DNA of 62,943 nucleotides, filler included, from Octopus bimaculoides (Eukaryota), in the NCBI RefSeq assembly GCF_001194135.2. It is 6 parts of 5 records of this genome, joined end to end, with 100 filler letters (N's around TTAATTAATTAA, not from the genome) between each part and the next. Parts side by side here need not be neighbours in the genome. Positions count along the whole stretch, not along the records: positions 1 to 31,239 come from NC_068999.1; 5 more parts are not named here. One strand, 5' to 3'. The position numbers were made by a program, and so were the translations under genes. Shown here one piece after another: positions 12,931 to 24,880 of the stretch; position 1 is the first letter of the stretch, and the number at the start of each line of letters is the position of its first letter. Under the pieces are notes generated by a model. That model was not told the DNA's origin. It was given only the letters and a program-made list of their open reading frames with translations, and did not search any database.

Positions 12931-13697
12931 ATACAAAATAGAAGTACAGACCATTGACTTATTTTATTTCTTAAAACTCATTTTGTTTTCATTTTTCAAA
13001 AACAATTAAAAACATCTATATCTATATCAGACAGTGCTTCATATAAACTACATAAATTTATGTATGTAGACCTATGTAAATATATTCAACCCTCATAATT
13101 ATAGGTATATGCAGTGTGTGTGTGTGCACACACACACATATACACTCATGCACACACACACAAATATATATATACACACACACAAAACATTATACAAGAT
13201 ATGAGTATCAGAGATAGAACTCAATAGTCTGTAGACAGGACAGATATGTTTATTACATAAAAAGAAATGATAGTCTACATGAGTTCTATCTATCATTTGG
13301 CTGTTTGTGATTGCGGCTGAAATGGAGGGACTTGTAGATGTATATTTATATCTATACATATGCCTTTCTGTTTTTATTTTATACGGATAATATGTAATTT
13401 TTATTACGACAATGATAACAAACATTTGAGGTACATGTTTAACAAACCACAACTAACAATAACTGCAAGAAGAAAAAAATCACTCAACACATTGCTATTA
13501 AATTAGATTTTTAAATATATATATTTAAATATGTGGCTATAAGTGTGTATTTGTAAACCTGTAGAGTGGATGTATTTGCATGAGAGAATTCATTTCTATA
13601 TAGTTGTATATAAAAGTGTGACCTAACTATGTGTGCCACTTCATATACCTGCACAAACATGCACCCTAAGGAACAATATATGCTTTTAAATACTCAC

Positions 13698-13776
13698 CAA
13701 GTCCCTGAACACTTTGTTTAAGGACATGGTAAGTATTAGGGAGAAATGATTTACATGCCTCTCAGTACTTCAAATT
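13698..13776 (-). other. Candidate 79-nt stop-containing (poison) cassette exon in WTAP intron
   Basis: Acceptor ttttgttaattgtatttcag|AAT and donor TTG|gtgagta; spliced to the 16165 donor it reads AG|A ATT TGA. No transcript evidence. Confidence 0.4.
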
Positions 13777-14012
13777 CTGAAATACAATTAACAAAACTAC
13801 TAATCCTGAAACTTTCAACCTTATAAATACTACAAGTCCCCATTTCATCCACAGACTCAAACAACCAGCTGTTGGGTGAAACTCAGATAGATTCATTTTT
13901 ATATAGTAAACATGTATGTGTGTGCACAATGCATGTGTATGTGTGAATCTTTACACACACATACACTTAAAAGGTAATACATACATAAAATAAAATATTG
14001 TTGTCTATTATA

Positions 14013-14238
14013 CAAGGTGCTCGTAAATTACCTTTACAATTTGAAAAATTCAGAAAAAAATGAAAAATAAGGATAACTCAGCAGAGTTTATTGCGAAACA
14101 TAGATGAATAATTTTATTAGACACATCAGAACACTTTCACATGGGCTCCATTGGTTGTGAAGAAGTTGGACGAGGGATCTCAACTTTATTAGATACAATA
14201 AATTGTGAAAGTTGTAAAGATAATTTATGAACACCCTG
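14013..14238. mobile_element. Tc1/mariner-type MITE
   Basis: TIRs caaggtgctcgtaaattacctttacaat / ttgtaaagataatttatgaacaccctg with TA on both sides. Confidence 0.8.
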
Positions 14239-16164
14239 TATACGAAGAGATCCCTTGAAAAGCAGGTAAGGATTAACAACAGAGAGCAACCAGCTATAAA
14301 ACAATGCCTTGATAAAATATTCTTCCAACCTATGCTAGCCTGGAAATATGGATAGTAAATGAACGAAGAGACATACATTATATACACTGCTGGTTGTTAA
14401 ATATAGGTCAGTATTTTTATAGCAACTACAGTATATCATATAAACATACAACTATAAAAGCCCATACTTTTAAAGTGCATCAATCCCAGTATATCAAACT
14501 GTTCTATATTATGCAATATATTATATAAACGATACTATATCATACACAAAAAAGTTAGTTATATTAAATTAGTGTGTGTGTGTGTGGGTGTGGGTGTATG
14601 TATACAGTATTAGACCAAGACAAATGTGGCAGTATGTGTGCATGTGTATATTCATTCTTTTATATGTCTGTAGAACATAAAAACACACACATGCAACTAC
14701 AACATTAAGATTTAGGATTTTAATTAGTTTATCATCATCTAATTGTAAACCTTTCTTCAAACAGAACATAGTTACATTAGAATATTACACATCTGGAAAC
14801 TAACTAAAATTCTCTGGATTATAAAAGATTTCTGAAAAGAATTGGTTTTTATGATTCTTCAGCACCAAATTATATAAATACTTTCAAGGGACATTGCAGG
14901 GTTGAATTCCTGTCTACAAAGTCATTGTCAAGGATGGCTAAGATGATGTTAAATGCCAAACCATATATGGAGGAAGACAACTGTGTCTGTAAACGTTTCA
15001 CTAAGTAGAAGACATTTTAAAGTTTCCATTTTAATGTCAATGATACTATATATTCATCATCCTCATCATGATCTTCTCCATGTATACCATCCCTACTGTA
15101 TCACTGAGCATCATCTCTCTTTCAATGGTGTGCTATTGGTTGATATCTGAATATAGATAAATATACATAATTGCTGGATTAAAATTTCCTTTCTCAGCAC
15201 CTGGACTCTACTCCATCAACAAAGAAAGGGCAATGAGTCTTCTGCCGGCTGAGGAACATTGCCATCATAAGTGAAGCTCCAGCTATTCTTGACAGAAACA
15301 TGGATTACCATACCAATCCAAGAAACCAGTCCACCACATTCTGCCATGACCTCAATTTTCCTTGTAAAGATAATGATTTACTTTAGCTGATTTAGATGTC
15401 ATAAAATTAAAAAATACTGAGAAACAGTCCTTGAATAATGTTTTTAAGGTTTGAATATATAAAACTAAAAGTAAAAAATGTATTTGGCACTTGTTTCACA
15501 TATATAACCATTTTCTCTACTAATGTAGCAATTTAATTTTCTGTGACTAACTCAATGTATAATGATTAATTAAACTTCTGCGGAGATGTTAGGTTTTTAA
15601 CAGAATCTCAATAATAGCCAAACAATAGCAACTTAATGATGACAATAAAGTTTCAGCTAAGTAAGGGTAGCCTTACCAAAATTATGTAAAAATCATTAAA
15701 ATACTTAGTTAATATTGATGGAGAGATTCTGGTACAAAAGTAGAAATAAAATGTTCTGCAGAAGAGTTTTTGAAGGAAAGTAAAGTTGATCTTTGCCAGT
15801 AGTAGTAGTAGTAATACCAAAATACAGCAATATACCAAAGAGCAGATGGAGGAGCAGTAAGAGAGTGTGCAAATGTGGTGGTTGTTTAGTAAACATGTCT
15901 AGTAATGTGTTTGTTGACATTTTTCTTTCTTTCACTCTTTTACCCAGTCTATGTGATGCCGCTTTAGAGTAGCGTCATCAGCAAGCTCAGGTAAGATGCA
16001 GGGGGTGCTTTCTATGGCCTACTATTAGGCCATTTTTGTTGACTGTGATGGCATCATCAGCTGAGACAGCTAATGCTGATGTCACACAGGGGAGAAGTAG
16101 GTGTTTGATGCATCTGCAAGTCTAGGTTAGAAATGTTACCAGATTAAGATGGGAGATATCACAC

Positions 16165-16343
16165 CTGTCGGCAGTGAACTTCCATGCACTCAGTTCATTT
16201 TGTGTCTGTTTCTGTCGTTCCTTGCATTCTTCCATCTCTTTAGCCATGTGTTGGAATACCAAGTTGATGGCTGGGTCCAGTAGCATAGAGCGAAGTTGGT
16301 TAGTGCTTGGGGTTTGAGCAGCTTTAAATTCTTGGATTTGATT
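16165..16343 (-). CDS. WTAP: WTAP/fl(2)d internal coding exon, 179 nt (NQIQEFKAAQTPSTNQLRSMLLDPAINLVFQHMAKEMEECKERQKQTQNELSAWKFTAD-S/R)
   Basis: Matches WTAP QLRSTMVDPAINLFF...QNELSAWKFTPDS; acceptor ttttcacttttag|AAT and donor AG|gtgtga; overlaps ORF-track entry 16190-16411 but in a different frame. Confidence 0.96.
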
Positions 16344-18109
16344 CTAAAAGTGAAAATACCAAAACTTTTAATTAGAATTGAGAATATCTTTCCGAGTAAA
16401 AACACAAACAAACAGTAATGATTGTTTCTAATTTAGGAACAAGACCAGCAATTTTGAGGAGATTGAGTTTAGTAGACTACACTGACTTAACTGGTGTGGT
16501 GTTTTATTGACCCTAAAGGAATGAAAGGCAAAGTTAACTGTGACAACATTTGAACTCAGAATGTAAAATGCCAAAACAAATATCACGTGACATTTTCCTG
16601 ATGCTCTAATGACTTTTATTATTAACATGCATCCTTAAGGGATGTGCAATAAAGAGAAACGATCATTTGTCAATCTTATTTCTGTTTTATCAGTTTAATT
16701 TTTGATATGAAGAAACTGAGAAAGAACTAATGTAGAAAAAAGAAATTAGTTGATAAGTTTACATTTACAAAATCTAAAGAGTGATCCATGACAAGTAATT
16801 AGTGGCTTATAAAGGGAATGTTCATGAAACTTACTCTTAAAGATATTGCTAGAATGACATATTACAGCTATTCAATGCTCATATTCTTTGCATTTTGATA
16901 CTGAAAGATTCTTCTAAAGACAACAGTTTTAGAATCTTAAAGAGAAATTTTTAAGGAATATCTTAAGACATAATTTCTTAATGAAAATCTCGAGTGATAT
17001 ATCAGCAGAAAGATTTACAAACTATTAACAATATTATGTATCTAATGATGCAGCAAGAGAGTTCACAAAAAGTAAATATATCAAAGATGGTACATTTTAA
17101 ACAGCTGATGTTTAAGTTGATGCTATAATGAAAATTGGGACAAGATGCTATAATGTTAAAATTCAACTACTTCAACTTTGGTTAGATAAGTAGAATATCT
17201 ATAATGTTTATCATGCAATTAGAGTTTCTTTGAAGTTTCAAATACCAAACTACTACAACTCTCTCAAAGAAATACAATACACAACATGTCCAATAGCTTA
17301 TAAAAGGTTTTCAAATAATTTATGTCTAAAATAAAACATCTAAAATACAGGATTTATTTTTATATATCGATTTTTTAAAATGTAGTGAAAATTTCCTTAT
17401 GCATGAGTTACTGAGACAGAAAATTTTTTATTACAAAAAGCACAAGCAGAAAATGTACTTCCAGTGTCTCTAGAAAGATTTTTAACACTACTACTAACAA
17501 TTATAAATTAAGCAGTAAACACAATTTGCTAACACCATTCTTTTTTATTACACACATGCACACACGTATATGTATATCCATTCACAAAGCTCTGGTCAAC
17601 CTGTGGCTACAGTAGAAGATATGCCCAAAGTGCCATGCAGTAGGGCTGAACCTAAAACCATGTTGTTAGGAAGAAAACTTCTTACTACACAGCTATGCCT
17701 GTACCTATTTATATAAACATCTATCCACACACACACACACATGCATACACACACATAAATGCACGTGCGCAATGTGTGTGAACATAATTTTATTCACTTT
17801 TCTCAGATTTTCTTTTCTCTCTGTCCATTTTTCTTCACTCTCTTTATATATCACATTTAAAACCGCAATGGTGTTTTGGTTTTCATATCCCCATTTTATC
17901 TCCTTATGAAATAGATTATCCTTTACATTTAAATTAATAAATTATTTATTTTTTTATATATCAATGATGACATTTGTAGTCTATTCATTGAAACAGATGT
18001 CGAGGAGAATAAAATTATGAATCATCTGTGAAATCTTTGCTTTTGCTTTTTCACTATTCTAAATATTTTGTTCTGAACAATTGTTTTCATTAATTTTATA
18101 TATATATTT

Positions 18110-18485
18110 TTATTTGTTTCAGTCATTTGACTGCAGCCATACTGGAGCACTGCCTTTAGTCGATGAAATCGACCCCAGGAGTTATTCTTTGTAAGCCTAG
18201 TACTTATTCTATCGGTATCTTTTGCTGAACTGCTATGTTACGGGAATGTAAACACACCGACATCAGTTGTCAAGCGATGGTGGGGGGACAAACACAGACA
18301 CACACATATATATACATATACATACAACGGGCTTCTTTCAGTTTCTGTCTACCAAATCCACTCACAAGGCTTTGGTCGGCCCGAGGCTATAGTAGAAGAC
18401 ACTTGCCCAAGGTCCTAAACAGTGGGACTGAACCCGGAACCATGTGGTTGGTGTGCAAGCTACTTACCACACAGCCACTCCTGTG
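18110..18485 (-). mobile_element. tRNA-derived SINE (same family as 1889-2260)
   Basis: Full-length reverse-complement copy. Confidence 0.88.
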
Positions 18486-18715
18486 TGGTAAGTAGCAAAC
18501 TTATTCCACTTAAAATTATTGTAATGTAATAATATATTGGAGTTTTACAATATGTTAATAACTGAACTCTTAAATGTAGTGGATATATTTTATGGGGCCT
18601 TAAACACTAATACTTTATTTCATATACACGCACACACACACACATCTCAAAAGTAAATAGACACTCCTTATCATACTATTTTATCTGTATGGACACTACC
18701 TGGTGCTACAATGTA

Positions 18716-20740
18716 CTGGGTCAGCCAAAAAGTTCAATTGGTTATTTTTAAGCAAAAATAAGACACAACTTTTAAACACAAAGTAATTTATTTAATCAAT
18801 GATATAGTTACTATTTTATTCCAGTATCTTCTGCCATCTTGTGGGCAGATCCATTATTCCCAGCTCAAAGAATTTCCTGACTTTACTGGTGAAAAACACA
18901 TCCAGGTGAATTTTTACATCCTCTTCAGAGTTGGACGTTGATCAATTCAATGAAATTTGAAGAGTCCGAAACAGGTGGAAATATAAGGGTGCAAGGTCAG
19001 GTGAATTTGAAGGGTATGGCAAAACTTCCTAGTAACTTCTGCTGTGTCTGCAAAGAAATGTGCAGTCTGGCATTGTTGTGATGAAAGATAATGCCTTTAC
19101 AATTAGCAAGTGCTGGACACTTCTGGTGGATCATTGCATTTAATTTGTCTAGCTGGTCAAAGTAGACATCCAAATTAATAGTCCTTTCCATGGGAAGAAG
19201 CTCATATGTGGTAGTATCAAACATTTCCCAAACTAGTTCTGTAGCACACCAATAGATGACAGCACATAGTTGTGTGTGCAGTGAGAGCTAGCAGTGACCT
19301 TCATGAGTGACATTGCTGTGTTTACTTCGCAAGTTGTGAAATTTGTGTTTTCATGATCATGTGTATGCTATAGTCTGTGATTTTGTCATGAACAGGAACA
19401 AAGAGTCACCATGAAATTTTGCATTAAACTTGGGGAATCTACTAGAGACATTGAACATGCTTTGGCAAGCTTATGGCAACAAGACAATGGGTCATATGCA
19501 ATGTTTTTCTAGTGGCATGGGTGCTTCAAAAGTGGAAGACTGTCCCTGGAAGATGATGAGTGATCTGGAAACTCTGCCATGAGCGTCACCCCCAGAAATG
19601 TGATATTGTGCATTGAGAATTTGTCCCCCAAGGACAGACTATCAATCAAAAGTTCTACTGTGACATTTTGAAGTGTCTGAGGGAGGACATTTGGCAAAAG
19701 CAACCAGATCTGTGGAGCATGAAGAATTGGATTCTTCACAAAGACAATGCAGTCACTGAGCTCTCTTCACTTGTAAGTTTCTTGCCAAAAGCAACATGGT
19801 ATCACTTCTGTAACCATTCTATTCGCCAGATTAAGCACCTGTAGACTTCCATCTCTTCCTCAAGATGAAAATGCAGCTCAAAGGTCGCTGTTTTAACACC
19901 ATTGTCAAGATCCAGAATGAATCACAGAAGGACCTCAACAAACTAATGGAAAATGACTTCCAGGCTGGATTCCAAAAGTGACAGGAATGCTGGGACTGAT
20001 GTATTGTTGCATGAAATGACTATTTCGAAGGAGATGATGCTAAAACTTACGTAAATAAGTTATTTTTTATTAAACATAACTAGTCCAGGAACCTTCTGAT
20101 ACCACTAAAAAAGAACATCCATCCAATCCTACCAAATTGAAAGCATAAACTTCTCTGAGTGAAGTCCTATTATAGATGATCCATTTCTCATCCCCAGTCA
20201 CCATTCTCATCAAAAAAAAAAAAGTTTGTTTCCTTCACATTTCTGCAACAAATCATAGATGGAAATTTATTTGGCAAGGGGTTAACCTCATTCAATTGAT
20301 GTGAAACTTAAACATTGAGCCTGTTGACATAACCAAGTTGAAGCAGATGGTTTTCAACACTCAATATGGAGAATATCTGTGATCATCTTGGTCGTATAGC
20401 AGGGGTTGGTATTGACTAACTCCTTCATTTTGTTGCTGTTAACCTCAGTTGGCCAACCACAGTAAGGTGTATCTTGAACCAAAAAATTTTCTGATCGAAA
20501 TTTTGAAAACCACTTTTGGCACACACACATTCTGTAACAGCATCCTCTCCATACATGGTACATATCTTCCTGCTGGTTTCTTGCCTTTTTTTTTAAATGT
20601 TTGTTTTAGTTCTCCATTTCCATTTCTGTAAGATACCTCCATCAATTCTTTTGCAACCAGCAAATATCCAAATAAATAAATCTTTCAAAAATGATGATGC
20701 CTATTTACTTTTGAGATGTCTGCATCTTTTTATGTATGTA
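18716..20740 (-). mobile_element. Degenerate mariner transposon (outer element), interrupted by 19207-20105
   Basis: HTH QKWFSKFRSENF, VTGDEKWIIYN, DVL|YELLPMERTINLDVY, HHNNAR and SPDLAP motifs; one TIR at 18716. Confidence 0.9.
19207..20105 (+). mobile_element. Internally deleted mariner (different subfamily) nested in the outer mariner
   Basis: TIRs gtggtagtatcaaacatttcccaaactagtt / aactagtccaggaaccttctgataccac; TA at 19205-6 and 20106-7; remnants SLEDDE, HKDNA, YSPD*APVDFHLF. Confidence 0.88.
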
Positions 20741-21179
20741 CCTGCACAAATGTTGATATTCCATGCTTGTCACCAGTTGAGTAAAGTTGAGGTGAAGCTG
20801 GCACTCTTCATTATCATTATAACCAGTCAGTTTGTGCTTTTGAAGAACAAAGTGACTGGTCCATGTTTGAAAACAGTTAAGTATTGGTGGCAGGAAGAGT
20901 TTTTACCTGTAAAATTCTGCTTGAAATAACTACCTCCAACCCATGTTAGCATGGAAAAACCCAAGTTGAATGAATGAATGTACTTGTGATCAGTGCAGAA
21001 TGATTTGTAGGTCCCTTGCATGCTTTACGAATTATGAGACATTATCAGCAAAGGGGAAACCAAAATGTGAGATGTTTCTTAATGGGTTTAGGAAGTGATC
21101 TTACTTGGTGACAAGTTGACTTCCCCCACACATGCATACATACAAACATACATACATAGTGATTATTACATCTTCACAG

Positions 21180-21800
21180 ATGATTGTTATCTCCTCGTGC
21201 TTCCTTGTTGTCAATAGCATTTCTGATTTTCCATCCATGACCTCTCACATGATTGTTCAGTCCTGTTGCAGATCGGTATAGTTTGAAGTGTAGGTGACAG
21301 ATGAAAGTTGTAACTTACAGTGTGCTTCCAACTGGTTAGGTCTGCACATGTTGCCTACTTTTCTATCACCATAGGACTTTCAGTAGATGGAATGACAAAT
21401 GAGGTCATCCTAAAGAGACATCTGTTCATCATTTTGAATTATAGTAATAAACACTTGTACAACACAAGTACCACCTTCTTTTTATATCAGTGTCTCTCTC
21501 TCTCTCCAAGAAGGATACTGTGACAATAGCTAGGGGTCCCTTACTCCTGGTGGTTTCTGACACCAACCAAGAGTATTTCCGTGTCACTGCACTCAGATGG
21601 ATTGTCATCACATAAGCTAGTTAACCAATAGTTGGGATCCCAACAGGTGCAACTAGTCTGGGTATGAATAAACCTGGAAACAATAGTGGCTAATAGGTAG
21701 TTCCATATTGCTTAAAACCCTGAAACTTCCAAACCAGAGCCCCACTACAGGAAGCAATTTAAAGTCATACCCAGGACAGTACACATACATATGTACATGC
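21180..21800 (-). mobile_element. Heavily decayed 5'/endonuclease fragment of an RTE-like LINE
   Basis: Weak residual similarity to APE N-terminus and RTE 5' UTR; by eye only. Confidence 0.35.
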
Positions 21801-21859
21801 ATACATACATATACATGCACAAGCACACAAACACATACCTCACATTACATTTCATACAT

Positions 21860-23200
21860 GCATAACAGAAGTCTATTCATGATGAGTAAGACTACCTAAG
21901 CCTATTTGACTCTAAGAAACATCTCATATGATTTTTAAGGCCAGCAATGGACCTACAAGTCATTTCACATTGACCACAAGATAGCCTTCCTGCAATAACC
22001 CAACTATCTGGATGTTGCAATTTACAATGCCAAGTGAGTTCATTGGCTGAGACACACACACTGCACAAGAGAACATGCTGGTGTCTCTGTGAGCACACTA
22101 GTAGCTGAGTGGTCCTGCCTTTGAGAAGACACGATCACACTGGTCACATGAAAGACTCTTTTGCACCCTTGTCAGGGAGAGGGTTCACATCCACCACATG
22201 TTTACCAGCACGCTTCAACCCAGTGTATGCAAACCTGTTGTTCTTGAGTTTTTCAACACCAGTAGCAATTAGATTCCTTCACAGCCCCCCCCCCCCAACA
22301 TCTTCTCAGGTGTTAGTATTGATATTGATCTTTTTAAATGTCTTTAGATTGTTTTTGAAATACTTGCATGACTTGCACTGGGGACGTTTTCTTTGCCCCA
22401 GCTCATCATACGACTCCTGTTTTGGCAGGCAGGTATCCTCTTAATGGACAAGATGACAAGACCATCTCAGTAGGTGGTTCATAATCATAAACTTGACACT
22501 TGTCATTTTCACCAGCTGCAGTGCTCTCATAACAGGCACATGAAATCACCACAAGATCTTCAGGACATTAAATAAAGTACCGCTGGTGGAATTGTTGGAT
22601 ATGCCTGCAGTAGGTTGTCTAGGTCTTACATCCAGACAACAACGCAGTTAAGACACATGCTTTATAGATCTTAACTTCTATTGCTGCTTTGATGTCTGAT
22701 TGCGAGCAGAGCCTGGATTCAAGCTTTCTGCATGCATCACAGGCCTTAGAAAGTCTATAAATTACCTTATAGACTTGTGAAGTGTACTAAATTTAGATAG
22801 TGTGCTACTAAGGGAGACAAATGTATCTACAATTTTGCATATCGTGATGCTGGCATCTACATACAACAGAAAAGGATTTCAACACCTGTTGTTTTACTGC
22901 AGTAACAAACTTTCATGGCTCTCATTCATGTTCTGTTATTCTGATGATTGCGATCTTGTAACCCCCACACTGAGCAAGACCTGCAGCTCCTGCTGGAATG
23001 CTTTGCAGCTCCATGTGATGAGTTTGGACTTAAGAAGACCACAGTCATGCTACAACCAGCTCTAAGGCAAGTCATATGGCCCACAATCAATATACACCAA
23101 GAGTACAAAGTTAAAACTCATGGATACATTTGTCTACCTCAGTAGCACATTATCCAGATTTAACACACACACACTCACACAACACTACATTATAAAATGT
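21860..23200 (-). mobile_element. Degenerate RTE LINE 3' half with C-terminal C2H2 fingers
   Basis: Remnants LRWSCHLV..EDTCLPKQ..YDEL and LSCGQCEMTCRSIAGLKNHMR. Confidence 0.75.
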
Positions 23201-23346
23201 CCTTTCGTTTTTTAAGACAGGAGGTGTAATTTGAGTAAGATACAGCTACTAGAATAGAAGCCATATTATACTCAAAGTACAACCATATAGAATATCCTTC
23301 ATTTACAGATTAGATATACTAAAGTTTATAACCAATGTATACATAC

Positions 23347-23474
23347 CAAATAATCTTGTAATTCTTGTTCTTTTGTAGTGAGACGAAGAACTAAAGTGTT
23401 CTCGCGTCGAGCAGCCTCAATATGTTGCTGCTTTAGTTTCTCTTCAGTCTCTTTATTTTCAAAATCTTCCACAC
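23347..23474 (-). CDS. WTAP: WTAP/fl(2)d internal coding exon, 128 nt (xVEDFENKETEEKLKQQHIEAARRENTLVLRLTTKEQELQDYL)
   Basis: Manual minus-strand translation closely matches the WTAP motif EEKLKQQQQESARRENILVMRLATKEQEMQE; acceptor ttttttgttacag|GT and donor TTG|gtatgt; ends in phase 0, matching the next exon. Too short for the ORF track. Confidence 0.95.
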
Positions 23475-23829
23475 CTGTAACAAAAAAGGGAAACATTTTA
23501 TCTTGGTCACACTACCTTATATGGCATTAATATGTTGTGTCTTTAATCAGCTGATAGCTAAACAATATTATTGTTATTGATATATATTCATCACAAATAT
23601 GCGGGGGTGACAGAGGGCTTTAGGTCTGATTTTACATTCATTATGGGAAAACACATGTATAATACACCCCCTCTCCTTTCTTGGTGCAATAAACACTACT
23701 CAAGTCACTGTTAGACTAGCTAAACAGGAATTTACTGGAAATGACTTCTCCCACATTACAGCATCTGTGGTAATGCTTTCTCATCTGCGTCCCATTTCCA
23801 CCAAACTTGCTGTCTTCGTACAATTAATT

Positions 23830-24880
23830 ATTTGGTGGTATAACCAACTGAGTTAGCTGGGCCTGTCAATTTGCTCAAGAGAACAGATGACTCCAAACCT
23901 GAATGAATGGGCTTCCTTAGCCTAGCCAGGTCATCCATCTAGGAAGGAAACTTCAACATATCATTTATGACAAGGACCTTGCTGTCACTGTCCCAGCTTG
24001 TCAGGACACAGTAGATGAACCCAAGATGTAATGGATGGAAGTCAGTAATACACATGTCATCCTAACTAATATTTTGCAGCAGAAAGTGTGAAGACAATCT
24101 AGATGCTTCCTTCATCCTAGCATTAGCACCTCATGGACTACATGTTAGTGCATGAGAAAGACTTACACATCTGAATAATACCCATTACAGAGTAACATAA
24201 AGACTATTGCTTGCCTTCTTTTCAAGCTTAAACCAAAAACAGAGGTGTTCCAAGGTAGATATTTCACCAATCTGGAGCAGCAAAGCATCTGAGGAAAAGT
24301 ACAAAGATCACTCAAGTCATAGATTACAAGCCTTGAGCACTTTCACCAGTGCTGCCTCTGCACCATTCTCAACATCTACTGGAATAAATCTGTTACCAAC
24401 ACTGAAGTCCTCAAACAGGCAGAAGACACTAGCATTGTAGTCATACTGCTTTGTTGCAGCTGTATTGCAGGGCAAGTTTCTAGACTGGAAGATAATCACT
24501 TACCCAAGATTGTGCTTTAAGTCACACACTCTACTGGCAACCATGACTAAGCAGCATTATAGAAAAAGTACAAGGACTTTCTGGAGAAATCCCTCAGTGC
24601 TATCATACTGATCATCCACAAAGGTCAACTATAGCTGTTAACTGCAAGGCTTGGTGACACATCATTCACCAGTTTGTCTTCAAGAATGTATGCAGAGCTG
24701 GATTTAAGGAAAAGGAGTACTGAGGATGAACCATGACACAACACAATCAAACCACCTAGAACAGAATTTCTCTTGCACCCATTGTGGGCGGGTCTGCCTC
24801 TGTCTCTTTCTGACCTCATCATCCACCAGCAAGCTAGCAGTGAATGTGAACAGCTCCCTTCAGAAATCTTCATCCACAAA
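23830..24880 (+). mobile_element. Degenerate RTE (BovB-like) LINE remnant
   Basis: FHQCCLCTILNIYW..VTNTEVLKQAE...AGQVSRLED..LPKIVL and a terminal C..CGRVC finger. Confidence 0.75.

Noticed and set aside
13698-13727. ATG-initiated MSLNKVFRDL as the start exon of a nested gene
   Set aside because: No recognisable homology and no downstream coding exon found; the cassette-exon reading is simpler.
11290-14120. Several minus-strand AATAAA hexamers as poly(A) signals for a short WTAP isoform
   Set aside because: Expected by chance in AT-rich DNA; cannot choose among them without 3'-end data.
15948-15990. Plus-strand exon-like segment (polypyrimidine-cag ... cag|gtaaga)
   Set aside because: Stops in all frames, antisense to WTAP, no partner exons; a non-coding antisense exon cannot be excluded or supported.
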